Source: an uncultured virus (IMG/VR IMGVR_UViG_3300017655_000263) (Duplodnaviria; Heunggongvirae; Uroviricota; Caudoviricetes). Taken from it: a DNA stretch of 64,000 bases. The notes beneath the pieces are model-generated. The model was not told the DNA's origin. It ran no database searches and saw only the letters and a list, made by a program, of their open reading frames with translations. Position numbers and translations under genes: made by a program. This document shows, piece after piece, positions 18,629 to 28,946 of the stretch. Numbering within the stretch: the stretch's first letter is position 1; each line of letters opens with the position of its first letter. The stretch spans positions 1-64,000 of IMG/VR virus record IMGVR_UViG_3300017655_000263; one strand, written 5' to 3'.

Positions 18629-20770
18629 CTATTCCTCCTCGTCTCCGAGCAAGCCAATTTCCGTGCATCTGCATTGCGGATGAACATGTGCCGGCTCGAG
18701 TTCGTCGGGATACTTGGCATCAAAACGAATGGTGTAACCGTTCAGTGGCTGACAGATCAAACAGGTTCTGCCGTCCTCTGGAGCGGTGAGCCATTTGCGG
18801 TATTTCACCAACCCATCCTTATACAGAAGATTGAGCGCCTCGTAGTTGGCGTAGGCAAAAGCCTGGGCGGTTTCAGTGCGGGCAATCATGGTCGTGCGGT
18901 AGTTTCGGGCCGACTCAAAGACCGCGGCGATGCGATCGGAGATCTGTGTGACGTTCTCTCCCTTACGCATAGCCTCGGCAAGCGTGGCGCGGAGTTGTTC
19001 CCGGGTGGTGTGATTGATTCCCTGGACATGGGCGAAGGCATCGTTCTGGATGTACCGCTGAACCACTGGATTGACCTGATCAAACCGAAGTGACAGATCG
19101 ATCTTTAATTTCCCTTCTGGAGTGTCGCCCGACGTCTCATACATTTGCTGCTTGGCGGCAATCACACCAGCATTGAGCGGCTGGTAAAGAAGCGAGCCCA
19201 GAAGCAAGGCAAAAGCAGCGTCCAAGGCATCCTTGTTGGTATTGATATAGGTGTCCAGGGATTCCTCAGTAAGATCTTCCGGTAGATGGGTTAGATAGTC
19301 GGCTTCCTGATCTGTGAAATGAGTGGAAATAGGTTCATAGAGCTCTTGCTCCAAGTCCTCCATTCTCTGATCGCGCTCGATGGCATAAGGATCGATGTCA
19401 TCGTCAGCGGCCTTGGTAACCAGGGACTTGGTTGTATCCTCGTCTTCCAGTTCCTCAGGTGCATCCTCCGTGTCACCATCATGTTCATCAAGCTCACCCG
19501 GACTCTTGCCATCAGTGTCCGTAACAGGCTTCTTGTCCTCTATATCTTCTTCCAGAGGATCCTTGCTGAAGCTATCCTGGCGGACTTCGTCAACGGTCAG
19601 GATGCCAGCTTGCTTGGCAGCCATTTGATCCTTGCGCAGGATGTCTGGATCCGAAGAATCAGGATCGTTGAGTTCCCAGGCAAAGTCTGGATTGATGGAG
19701 TGGATAAGGTGCTCGGTAATAGCTTCACTAATAATGTCCTGGACCGGCATGAACACATTCTGGTGCATCTCTCGAACCAGGAATTTGGTTGTCGCATAGT
19801 CACCAGAGTTGTGGTTTCCAAGAAGTACCTTGGGCACACCCATCACTGCCGTTACCTTGTCGGTAGACAGGTTGCGCAGGCCAAGGAATTCCATATCCTT
19901 GAGTGTCATGGAATAGGGTTTGAAGTCCTGAACTCGTGAGAGAGCCAGGATTTTGTGACGTTTGTCGGATCCGCTGTGACTCTGCCGGATAGTCTCGGTT
20001 AATTGCCGGGCGTCTTCCTGTGTTGCCTTGTCATCGAGGAGCAAGAGAGCAGAGGGTGATAAGCCATTGATAAAGATGGCCTTGTTCGATCGAAGGGCCT
20101 GCAGGTCTATACCGGCTTCTTCAACCACCAGCTCCACCCGCCCCTCGCCATAGATGTCACTTTCGGGATTCGGTAGCTGGAAATGCACCACTTCTTCCGG
20201 CTTGAAGGTCACCTTGTCACCACCCGGTCCGTGCATCACGTATCCCAATACCTCCCCTTCTTTGGTGGCCACAATTCTCGTCAGCGCAGGATGCATGGGC
20301 CAGATTTCGAGTGGCATTCCCTTGGCATCACGAGAGACATACCAGAAGGCATCACCACAGATAGCCAGATGCTGCACCACGGTATAGAGCAGTGAAGTCA
20401 TCCCCTTATTGGGGTTAGGACGCTTGAGCCAGGTTCCTGTCTCCTTCATCTGTTTTAGTTGCTTGTCAGTCGGCGTAGCATCATCATCCATCAGCTTGAG
20501 TCGCCACTTGGGAGAGACAATGCCACCCGCCCATTTGTGAACAGAGGCAGAGATGTCAGAGTTGAAGCGGTAGAGACCATAAATAATGGTGAAGTCGTAG
20601 TCGGGGGAGTGACCAATGGCATCCTTGAGGGATGTCTCGGTAATGGCAGCGGATCCGATTGCCATTGGTTTACTGGCAGCCTTCTCAACGCTCTGTGAGA
20701 TTGATTTGAAAGGATTGCGGAAGGTGGGGACTGACTTGAGAGGGTTTAGGTTTGAGAGGGAATAATCCAT
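18629..20770 (-). CDS. Portal protein fused to MuF/SPP1 gp7-type head morphogenesis domain
   Basis: LKRPNP, GDAFW, PEEVVHF, YG.G and GVPKVLLG portal motifs; C-terminal IARTETAQA, W.TA.D.RTC..C..LNG and PAHVHPQCRC MuF motifs. Confidence 0.88.
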   Translation of the reverse strand: MDYSLSNLNPLKSVPTFRNPFKSISQSVEKAASKPMAIGSAAITETSLKDAIGHSPDYDFTIIYGLYRFNSDISASVHKWAGGIVSPKWRLKLMDDDATPTDKQLKQMKETGTWLKRPNPNKGMTSLLYTVVQHLAICGDAFWYVSRDAKGMPLEIWPMHPALTRIVATKEGEVLGYVMHGPGGDKVTFKPEEVVHFQLPNPESDIYGEGRVELVVEEAGIDLQALRSNKAIFINGLSPSALLLLDDKATQEDARQLTETIRQSHSGSDKRHKILALSRVQDFKPYSMTLKDMEFLGLRNLSTDKVTAVMGVPKVLLGNHNSGDYATTKFLVREMHQNVFMPVQDIISEAITEHLIHSINPDFAWELNDPDSSDPDILRKDQMAAKQAGILTVDEVRQDSFSKDPLEEDIEDKKPVTDTDGKSPGELDEHDGDTEDAPEELEDEDTTKSLVTKAADDDIDPYAIERDQRMEDLEQELYEPISTHFTDQEADYLTHLPEDLTEESLDTYINTNKDALDAAFALLLGSLLYQPLNAGVIAAKQQMYETSGDTPEGKLKIDLSLRFDQVNPVVQRYIQNDAFAHVQGINHTTREQLRATLAEAMRKGENVTQISDRIAAVFESARNYRTTMIARTETAQAFAYANYEALNLLYKDGLVKYRKWLTAPEDGRTCLICQPLNGYTIRFDAKYPDELEPAHVHPQCRCTEIGLLGDEEE

Positions 20771-20821
20771 AAAGGGGCGGGGGAAGTCGTACCCCTATTG
20801 TATCAAGGAAGAGTGTCAGTC

Positions 20822-22291
20822 TTAGCCAACATAGCCGAAGACCGACTGTTGTCTTTCGTACTCAGGCAGAGCCATTGCGGCCGACCAGAAGCTATCTCCG
20901 TGACCTTCAGGGCTCTCAATTGCCTGTAGATTGTTGTTGACCGCCAGCATTTGATTGGTTTGGCGCGGATCGTCAATGAGTCGCACCGTCTTGTGAGTGA
21001 CCCGGTCTGACAGCACTGTACCCATCGCCGTCATCCGCTTCTTGGTAAACGTGACACCCTCGAATTCATCTGGCAATAGCTTTGCATCCTTGAGAGTGTC
21101 CAACTCTCCCCTGGTCGCGTCATAGAGCAGTCGATCGATACCAAACGCCTGCATCGCCTCTTTGACATACTCCAGCTGGGTTGGGTGATTAGGATCGAAT
21201 TCCCCGGATTGGTTGGTATAGTCCCAGTGTTCCATCCATTTGCCGTGAATCTGACGGCTAATCCCCTCACGATCAGTTTCAAAGACGACGAAGTGGGAAG
21301 GGTGACGCTTCTTGCCCAAATCCCAGCCGGCAGTGATATTGCCGTCAAAGCGAATCCCCTCAGGCATATGAAATGGGTTGAAATTGATAAGGGTGGGATC
21401 CACACACTCCTTGAGCTCGGCCTCCTCCAGCCAGGCATCCTCGGTGTAAACCGGAGAACACATATATTCCTGGGCGAAGACCTTGTGGCCACGCTCCTCC
21501 CGACGAGCCAGGAGCTCATCAAAATCCATATGTTCTGGCCACCGGGCGATTCGCTTGGCCTCTGAAACGATCGCCGGCTGAATCACCACGGAGAAGCGCT
21601 TCATGATGTCTTTATTGAAGAAGAAGTCCTGGGGGGTTTGTACGGTACCCACCACATGCAGCTCTCCACCGACCTTCGGCATATCGAGGATCTGCTTCTT
21701 GAAGACATCATTGATTTTCAAAACGGTGGTAGGTTCGAGCTTGTTCTCTGGATCCTGAAACGGGTCGTCGACTGCTATCCACTCCGGGTGAATACCACGC
21801 TTGAACGACAGCAATGACTTGGGATCGAGGGTGACCGTGTGTTGGCCATCCCATGTCCAGGCTCCGACCGAGTCGGCCGTGGGTTTCAGATCCTTACAGG
21901 CCGCAAAGTATGGATTGGGCTTGATGAGCTTCTTGATTTTCTCGATGTGATAGCCAGACATGTCCTGGCCATAGGAAAAGTAATGCGCCTCGAAGTTGGC
22001 ATCGCGAGTGCGAAACAGGTGATACATGAATCGGGCATAGATAGAGGTGGACTTGAAGTGATCCCTTGCACCGACACGGGCCGTTCTCTTGGCGGAATCG
22101 AGAAACCGCGCCACTTCGTCGATGTAGGGGCCACCTACAAACGTATCGAAGGACGCAGCAAACACATTATTGACAAAGAAGGGGAAGTCATTGAGGGCAC
22201 GTTGCTCGATAACCCTGCGTTCAAGTTCTTGCTTAAGACTGACCTTCGCCTGAAGGTCCTGTATCAGTTGTTCCGGTGAGGAGAGATTCAT
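20822..22291 (-). CDS. terL: Terminase large subunit
   Basis: ARDHFKS Walker-A variant, RGIHP...VDDP Walker B, VVGT, FAQEYMC, GWDLG and HGDSFWS nuclease motifs. Confidence 0.9.
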   Translation of the reverse strand: MNLSSPEQLIQDLQAKVSLKQELERRVIEQRALNDFPFFVNNVFAASFDTFVGGPYIDEVARFLDSAKRTARVGARDHFKSTSIYARFMYHLFRTRDANFEAHYFSYGQDMSGYHIEKIKKLIKPNPYFAACKDLKPTADSVGAWTWDGQHTVTLDPKSLLSFKRGIHPEWIAVDDPFQDPENKLEPTTVLKINDVFKKQILDMPKVGGELHVVGTVQTPQDFFFNKDIMKRFSVVIQPAIVSEAKRIARWPEHMDFDELLARREERGHKVFAQEYMCSPVYTEDAWLEEAELKECVDPTLINFNPFHMPEGIRFDGNITAGWDLGKKRHPSHFVVFETDREGISRQIHGKWMEHWDYTNQSGEFDPNHPTQLEYVKEAMQAFGIDRLLYDATRGELDTLKDAKLLPDEFEGVTFTKKRMTAMGTVLSDRVTHKTVRLIDDPRQTNQMLAVNNNLQAIESPEGHGDSFWSAAMALPEYERQQSVFGYVG

Positions 22292-22769
22292 AGGGTGATG
22301 TGTCGAGGCCCAGACGCTTGGCCTCTGCAATCAGATTCTCAGCGGACTGACCCTCTGTGGTTGTAACGGTTGATTCCACCTCTTGCTTCGGTGGTCGGAA
22401 CTCATCTGGGTAAAGATTGGCAAGGACATTGTCTGGACGAACCCGCTTTGAGTTCTTGAGGGCCCATCTTGCCTTGGCTCTGAGAACCGACTCCTTGAAT
22501 TCCGGATCATCGCGTTGCCATGCCTGGATGGTATCAACGCTTCGGCCAATGAAGTCAGCGCCGGCACGTTGGGAGGGGAGTTGTTCGAAGAAACGGATAT
22601 ATTCATCCTTCAGTGGCTGGATCCGCTTCCAGTCGGCCTCCTTACGACTCTTGCGTTCAGCCTCAGCCTTGGCCTCTTCCTGAGCAGCTAACTCTTCAGG
22701 GGACAAAGGATTGGAGGCTTGATGGCTTTCTGTTTGGATGTCTTGCTGTTTAGATGTCTTGGTGGGCAT
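22233..22769 (-). CDS. terS: Terminase small subunit (putative)
   Basis: HTH-like GADFIGRSVDTIQAWQRDDPEF; immediately upstream of TerL. Confidence 0.7.
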   Translation of the reverse strand: MPTKTSKQQDIQTESHQASNPLSPEELAAQEEAKAEAERKSRKEADWKRIQPLKDEYIRFFEQLPSQRAGADFIGRSVDTIQAWQRDDPEFKESVLRAKARWALKNSKRVRPDNVLANLYPDEFRPPKQEVESTVTTTEGQSAENLIAEAKRLGLDTSPYESLLTGTTDTGPSGEGQS

Positions 22770-22781
22770 AGGGTTAGGTGT

Positions 22782-22973
22782 TTATGGTGCTTCTTGCAGG
22801 GTGACGAACAGTTCCGCTCCACGCAGATGCATGAGGCGCTGGACAGTATCGAGCTCATCAGGGTAGATGTCGAGAGTAAGGCGGATAGGCTCTGATTCCT
22901 GCCCTCCGACCTTGATGGCTGAAGCCAGGGGCGGAATAGCGGCACGGAAAGCAAGTGGGTCTTTGGGTTTCAT
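22782..22973 (-). CDS. Small hypothetical protein at the start of the late operon
   Basis: 63-aa ORF directly after the TATAATAGGGGTAC motif. Confidence 0.55.
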   Translation of the reverse strand: MKPKDPLAFRAAIPPLASAIKVGGQESEPIRLTLDIYPDELDTVQRLMHLRGAELFVTLQEAP

Positions 22974-23026
22974 AGAGTTCGTACCCCTATTATACCGCCT
23001 TGCCCGCGCATAAATGCGCACCACCT

Positions 23027-24262
23027 TCAATTGATCATCTGGTATCCTCTGACCACCGTCCCCATAATAAGATCAACATTCTCTACCTCTGCGTCAATCA
23101 AACTATATCCTTCGCTAAATGCCTCATCCACTACATTTCTAACATTCGTCCTTCTAATTCCTATACCATCTACACCATCAACAAGCTCAAACTCCCCTTC
23201 TCTTTTCCGAGTATAGGTATTTCTCCTCGTCTTATTTTCGCCTTTTTTTGAGTTGGAAGTAAACATGTCCATGCCGCGGCTAGACACAAACTTCGTGTGG
23301 TCTGTCCTCCAATGTCGATCGTGGTCTAATTGAGGTCCATTTTCGAATCCAACTTTCAGAATGAATTTCACATCTATCCCGTTTTTACTATTCCAAAACT
23401 CTTCTTTATTCAGACAGAACCATTTTAGTGCATATATCATTACTTCCAACCCTTCTTTACTATCTAATACCCTCCCTTCCATATCAGTATAAATACCACT
23501 GATCTCGGTCAGTATTTTTACCTCTAAGGGGTTATTGCGGTGAATTCCACATAGATAGTAGAACAGCCAGTTCAACGTTTTATCATAATTTTTCGGGTAG
23601 AAATCATAGAGCCGTTGAGGCCCATCTCGGCGACATCTATCGAGGTAACGCTGGAGATCAGGCTGATTACCTCTATTTAACCACTTTTCACGTATCGTTT
23701 TATACCCGAGTCTGCCAATATTTCTATCAAGAATCTCAAGACTCGTAGTGTGAACCAAGGCTGGGTAGAGCACTCGTTTTGCAACCCGGGCCGCTGCCTC
23801 ACCAAGTCTCACTGGCAAATCATCATCGCCACGTACCGCCAAACGAGCGTCGCAAACCTCTCTATATTCCCAAGGATTAAATACTTGAGTTTTCGGGTAC
23901 GGAGACAACTGAATGGCAGAGCAATTAACATCTCCGAGCACGACCTCGACATCAAACTGCGTGGCCAGCTCCGCGGCGAGAGTGCAAATGGAGTCATCGG
24001 AGGGCTCTATATTAGCGAGGTATTTAACTCTGTTTGATTTTTCCATCTGCTTGAGTACGGTCGTGGCTTCTTTACGATAAGGCTCTGGCCAGCGAACTAT
24101 CGACTTGGCAATTGAGTTCACTATTCGCCGCCCCTTATCACTCAACATTAGCCCCTGGGCAGCTACATCCAATAGCAATCGAAGACAATTTTTGTACTCC
24201 TTATCTCCCAACTTATCGTGGGGCATATAAGCTTCTGGCATATGAATCGAACGGACCAGCAT
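23027..24262 (-). CDS. Unknown protein with C-terminal HDR motif (possible PLD-like nuclease)
   Basis: LDHDRHWRTD...SRGMD near the C-terminus; strong SD GGAGG; paired with the ATPase. Confidence 0.55.
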   Translation of the reverse strand: MLVRSIHMPEAYMPHDKLGDKEYKNCLRLLLDVAAQGLMLSDKGRRIVNSIAKSIVRWPEPYRKEATTVLKQMEKSNRVKYLANIEPSDDSICTLAAELATQFDVEVVLGDVNCSAIQLSPYPKTQVFNPWEYREVCDARLAVRGDDDLPVRLGEAAARVAKRVLYPALVHTTSLEILDRNIGRLGYKTIREKWLNRGNQPDLQRYLDRCRRDGPQRLYDFYPKNYDKTLNWLFYYLCGIHRNNPLEVKILTEISGIYTDMEGRVLDSKEGLEVMIYALKWFCLNKEEFWNSKNGIDVKFILKVGFENGPQLDHDRHWRTDHTKFVSSRGMDMFTSNSKKGENKTRRNTYTRKREGEFELVDGVDGIGIRRTNVRNVVDEAFSEGYSLIDAEVENVDLIMGTVVRGYQMIN

Positions 24263-24276
24263 TACCCCTCCTCCCT

Positions 24277-25968
24277 TTATGTGATATCGAACATCTCATA
24301 AAAAGATTCTTCAAAGAACCCTCCAGGCCAGTTATCGATGATTTTGCCAGTCTCATCCAGGCGAAGTCGCTGGCAGTGAGAACCATTCTCATCCCGATCA
24401 ACATAGAGTACGCACACATCCTTATGAGATAATTCTTCCTTTCGGATTAGCTTCTGCAGACGGAGGATGAGTTGCTCGCTGTGGGTCTCTATGATGAACT
24501 GATTGCCCCTCTCTCGCCAACTACGCGCAAAGAGAGAACCAAGGTTCGCCTGATGCCTGGGATGAAGATGCAGTTCTGGTTGTTCCAGGGCAATTATCCC
24601 CCTTTGAGAAAGCCCGGACTGCAAGATGACAGGCAGTACTTGTCCAATCCCATAGCCTACATCCCGAATCGCATTTTCTATTCTGGTTTTAGTATCAAGA
24701 ACAGTGATTGTAAAAATATCGCTCACACCCTTAATCTTATGTGATGCGACTTTGACCTGATATGGGATATCGAGCATCTCAAGATCTTCGTTTACACTGT
24801 CTAAAGCCCTTTGGCTGTTCCTCAAGATTATTGGCCAATTAGACCTGTCGTCATGATTATGCTGCATTGACTCATCTGCAGCATAAATGATCCGGTCTGG
24901 GACTCGCCTCACTGGTCCAACATGAGACAACTTCAGGCTTAACTTATTCAGCATTCGTATTGACATGGAAGCAGCAAATTTTGTCCAGAATGACCGGAAT
25001 TTGAATATCTCCTCCGCGACCTCCCAGACTAAATCGAGCCTCTCTTCACTCTGAGTATCAATCCTTTGAGTCCCCACAATAGCATTTATCAGCAGGGAGG
25101 CTTCAGAATAAACTTGCTCTGCTGCTAAAGAGTAATCACGAATGTTTCCATGCGCAGGCTCAGGTCTTCCTTCAGCGGAATCCACCACTTCAGACTCCAT
25201 TATGGTATCTAAGCTCAAAAACCTGAGGACACTCCGATACATCATTCTCTTAGACATCAGCTCAAGATACATCTCTATATAGATATCTGGAACCTTATAT
25301 CTTCCAGGCACTTCATCATGTTTAGCAATCATATCTATTATATTTTTAAACATTTCGGATGCCATATGACCTGAGAGTCCGGATCCCCGGTAGACTTCAT
25401 CCAGAGAAAGCATCACATCGATGAATACCTCATGTGTGCCAGCACCCTCAATGTCGGCGTATATAATAGTCTCTTTACTAAACGTACAGAAAAGAGAACC
25501 ATAAGCGCTCAATGATAAGGCAGCTAGATTAGAATCCTTCACCTCATCTCCCTTTTCAAGAGCATATTCAATATGTATTGGGAGACCTTCTAACCAATGC
25601 AGAAGCGATGAATATGATATTCCAAAATGACCAATTTCACTCCTAAATGAATCAAACCCATAATCCTCATTGCTGATTTCGATTGATTCCAAACCAAGAC
25701 TAATAATCCGACCATTATCATTGCCGTAAACATATTCGGAGAACATGCCGATATCTACAGAACTACCTCGACTTGTGAGCATTCCAAGGGTGCTTTTTAC
25801 AGGATCTATGCGGTTATAATCATGAGTCTGCTTAAGTGCCAATAGGGCCTGGATGATAGAACTCTTCCCCGCACTGTTCTGTCCGTAGATAAGAGTGATC
25901 GGAGCAAGAGGAATCTCTTGGCGCTCGCCGAACGCCTTGAAATTCTCCAGAATTAACCCCTTGAGCAT
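24277..25968 (-). CDS. ABC-type ATPase (AAA_15/AAA_21-like) with DUF3696-like C-terminus
   Basis: LENFKAF, GQNSAGKS, DVGYGIGQ signature, LEQPELHLHP, ETHSE, C-terminal LDETG....WPGGFFE. Confidence 0.9.
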   Translation of the reverse strand: MLKGLILENFKAFGERQEIPLAPITLIYGQNSAGKSSIIQALLALKQTHDYNRIDPVKSTLGMLTSRGSSVDIGMFSEYVYGNDNGRIISLGLESIEISNEDYGFDSFRSEIGHFGISYSSLLHWLEGLPIHIEYALEKGDEVKDSNLAALSLSAYGSLFCTFSKETIIYADIEGAGTHEVFIDVMLSLDEVYRGSGLSGHMASEMFKNIIDMIAKHDEVPGRYKVPDIYIEMYLELMSKRMMYRSVLRFLSLDTIMESEVVDSAEGRPEPAHGNIRDYSLAAEQVYSEASLLINAIVGTQRIDTQSEERLDLVWEVAEEIFKFRSFWTKFAASMSIRMLNKLSLKLSHVGPVRRVPDRIIYAADESMQHNHDDRSNWPIILRNSQRALDSVNEDLEMLDIPYQVKVASHKIKGVSDIFTITVLDTKTRIENAIRDVGYGIGQVLPVILQSGLSQRGIIALEQPELHLHPRHQANLGSLFARSWRERGNQFIIETHSEQLILRLQKLIRKEELSHKDVCVLYVDRDENGSHCQRLRLDETGKIIDNWPGGFFEESFYEMFDIT

Positions 25969-26995
25969 GCCCTACCTCACCTACGACAAAGCCCGGGCGT
26001 GAGCCCGGACCAGCATCTATTCTTTATGTCCCCAGTAATTCTGATTCTATCAGGATACGACTGGTTTTGTCGCCTCAAACGGCATCCCTTTGCAATGTTT
26101 GCAATATGGCTTCACATCGATCTTCCCGCCCTCCTCTGCTGGTGGGAAGATCGACCATCTCACGTCTAACTCACGGTGCCGACGCATCTTCTTGACGCAC
26201 ATGGTGTAGCCAGTGTCGGTCATACCAAAGTAGAGAGGCTTCTTGGGTTTTGGGGTTGTGTGTTTCATTACTTGGTTCCTTTGTATATGAGCTTCTTCTT
26301 GAGTCCCAGCGACGAGCCGGTCAGCCGAAGCCACCAGATTGCAGGTCTTGAGCCCGAGTACTCCATGTAGTGTTTGCCATGGATGTGCCTGGTGTAGGTC
26401 ATCTGGCCGTTATTCTAGGTTTCACCGGCTTCGCTGGCTCTGATTCGCCACCCGTTTCCATCATCCAGAGGTCTTGAGCCTTCTTCCAGTCGTACTGATC
26501 GGCCGGGATGAGAGCAACCTCCTGGAGCTCGAAGTCAGTGATGGTATAGACCTCGCGGCCGAGACGCTCACTGGGTTTCATCTGCCCGTCCTTCACGATC
26601 CCACCAATTGCAAAGAGGTAATTCGGCTTGTTAGGCAGCTGGGTCTTGTCGATGCGGAGTTGGCCGATGACATGATCGGGGTTGAACTGGTTGGTCACCG
26701 GGATCTCGATGTAGTGGTCGTTAGGCATCAGTTTTAGGCCTGTCATTAACCACAATCCCTCTAGGCATGGTGTATTTCTCACGAATTTTGAGTCCGAGAT
26801 GATCCATGAGAAGACGTAGATCTGCTCTCAGGCTTGAATAATTCTCAGGGAGGGTCGGATAAATGCTATTTGCCTCCAACTCGTCAAACTCTCCAAACCG
26901 GTACCCTAGTTTGAAAGCCAAGGCACTAACTCTTCGCTCTATCACCCCTAATCTTTCTTCATAATCATCTTTCATGATTTTTTGCTCTTTCATAT

Positions 26996-27592
26996 CTATC
27001 CTCCTAATGCTTCTATTGCCTTTATCAGGCTGGTATGTACTTGCCGCTTGCTGCACTCTAGGGTCTCCATGATCTGGCTGTAGCTCCACTCCTCCACCAC
27101 AGCCAGGTACACGATCGATCGCCGCTTCAGACTCAACTGGGACATAGCCGGCGGAACATGAGCACCAAAGAGCATGAGTGGCGTCGATGGAAACCATGCC
27201 TGGCGGAACTGTTTGTCGGTGTCTGCGGGAATAGTGCGTGAATTAATAGGAAAGGGAGTGTCTGGATACCCTAAATCGCCATCCACCTCGGCGACAGGAT
27301 ACGGACCAGGGTTGATCCAAGCCGTCGGCTCTTTGAGAGCAGCGTTGAAGATGGCCAACGCGTCCTGGATCCGGTGTGAGGTACGGCGAACGTCTGTCTC
27401 TTTCGCCCAGGGATACGCTCCCTTGATGACCTCCATGGGTTGGCCGTCATATATGGCAAGCAACACAAGCCGTTCACGAATTGGAACAGCCAGGAAGGGT
27501 CTCATATCAGGGGTTGGAGGGTGGCCAGGGAGCTTGGATTGCCGTGTAAAGGCATTCTCTGACAGAATACGGATGTGTTGGGACAGATTCAT
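26996..27592 (-). CDS. Sigma-70 region-4-like HTH protein (possible late regulator)
   Basis: LSLKRRSIVYLAVVEEWSYSQIMETLECSKRQVHTSLIKAIEAL; lies upstream of the packaging module. Confidence 0.65.
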   Translation of the reverse strand: MNLSQHIRILSENAFTRQSKLPGHPPTPDMRPFLAVPIRERLVLLAIYDGQPMEVIKGAYPWAKETDVRRTSHRIQDALAIFNAALKEPTAWINPGPYPVAEVDGDLGYPDTPFPINSRTIPADTDKQFRQAWFPSTPLMLFGAHVPPAMSQLSLKRRSIVYLAVVEEWSYSQIMETLECSKRQVHTSLIKAIEALGG

Positions 27593-27664
27593 AAATAAAC
27601 GTGTAATAGGTACCTTGTATCATTTCATCAGATTGCGGTCAACAGAAGACCGTGGGGCCCAACT

Positions 27665-28210
27665 ATGAATATCCCTTTCGACAGAGATGAAGCTGAGCTG
27701 ATTCGCCAGCACCATGAGTTCTACACGGGTAAAAAGCTTCCGCCGATTGAGGACCCGGTAGATCCACCATATGTGCCACCACCACCGCCACCACGTCCGT
27801 TCAAGTGGAAGATTGACAGCGAGGGTAACTATTCCGGCGATGACATGGTGGTCATGGCTATTGTGGTGAATTCAGGGTATTTCACACCTGCCGAGGTGAC
27901 GGCAATCAGAACGCTGCCCATCCGATACGGGTTCAGTGAGCCAGAGGTCACCAACGGCTGGAACCGACTGTACACCCTTGCCATTGCCATCAGCACTAAT
28001 GGACCACAGACGGACTTGGTAGTGGAGATCAAGTTAGATGTCTCCTCAAAACATCGTCCTGACGGCACCAGGTGGTGGAAAGAGGTTACTGGCTCCTCCC
28101 AGTCCAAAGACATAGACACTCCTTGGGCCAAGGCCAGTCCAAAAGAGCTCCTGGCTATCCTGATTGCGAGTCTGGTGATTATCGTCTTTGCAACTGCTTT
28201 GATTCGCTAG
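27665..28210 (+). CDS. Hypothetical membrane protein (Pro-rich, C-terminal TM), moron
   Basis: PPPPPP tract; hydrophobic C-terminus; opposite strand to neighbours. Confidence 0.55.
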   Translation: MNIPFDRDEAELIRQHHEFYTGKKLPPIEDPVDPPYVPPPPPPRPFKWKIDSEGNYSGDDMVVMAIVVNSGYFTPAEVTAIRTLPIRYGFSEPEVTNGWNRLYTLAIAISTNGPQTDLVVEIKLDVSSKHRPDGTRWWKEVTGSSQSKDIDTPWAKASPKELLAILIASLVIIVFATALIR

Positions 28211-28946
28211 CCACTGAATGACTAAAGAAGAACCGGGGATAGATATGAGGGTTGGTTGGATCCAGCTCAACCGCGGTCAGCTTCCCTGAGTTGAGGAACA
28301 TCGTGTCTATGCCTATACACGATATGGGCTTCACTGCTTCCGGGCTCACCAGGACACGTTGCACCAGCGGCTCGTTGAATGTTGTATGACCGAAGACTAC
28401 TGGCTTACCGAAGTCGTGCCTTGAGTTGTAGAACTCTCCGCGGATCCACAGCAAGTCCTGTATCGTCTGCTCATTGAGAGGGTAGTTGGGATTCAGTCCC
28501 GCATGGACGAAGAAGAAGGTGGGATGCTCGTATATATAAGGAAGCTGCTGAATCCACTCGACATGTTTTGAGTCGATAAACTTCCAGGGTGTCGCCGTGG
28601 CTCGCTCATAGGGAGTCAGGTCTTCTGGGAGGTATGACTTGGCTGTAGATTCTCCGCCCTGGTTATACCAAAGATCGAATGTGCGCCAATTGCCTGGGTC
28701 GTTCAGAGCATCGAGCATCATCTGTCCGTGATTGCCGCGAAGGAAGACCCAATGGGGATAGGCTTCCTGCCAGGCGATGAGTTGATCGAGAACCTTCTTG
28801 CTGTCCGGACCTCCATCAATAAAATCACCAATGAAGACGAGCTGGTCGCGCTCTGGTCGCATGCCGGCATCGTCGAGTTGTTGGTAGAGGTTCATCAGCT
28901 CGGTGTGGTGGCCGTGGATGTCTCCGATCGCGAAGAGGCGCCTCAT
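28179..28946 (-). CDS. Metallophosphoesterase, Ser/Thr phosphatase (lambda NinI-like)
   Basis: GDIHG, GDFIDGG, RGNH, FVHAG, VVFGHT and IDT motifs. Confidence 0.9.
   Translation of the reverse strand: MRRLFAIGDIHGHHTELMNLYQQLDDAGMRPERDQLVFIGDFIDGGPDSKKVLDQLIAWQEAYPHWVFLRGNHGQMMLDALNDPGNWRTFDLWYNQGGESTAKSYLPEDLTPYERATATPWKFIDSKHVEWIQQLPYIYEHPTFFFVHAGLNPNYPLNEQTIQDLLWIRGEFYNSRHDFGKPVVFGHTTFNEPLVQRVLVSPEAVKPISCIGIDTMFLNSGKLTAVELDPTNPHIYPRFFFSHSVASESKQLQRR

Noticed and set aside
7134..22683. Many alternative-frame and antisense ORFs over the structural genes
   Set aside because: They overlap well-supported genes and show no motifs.
23027..25968. PARIS, Septu or Gabija assignment
   Set aside because: The partner shows no TOPRIM, HNH or UvrD motifs that I can recognise.
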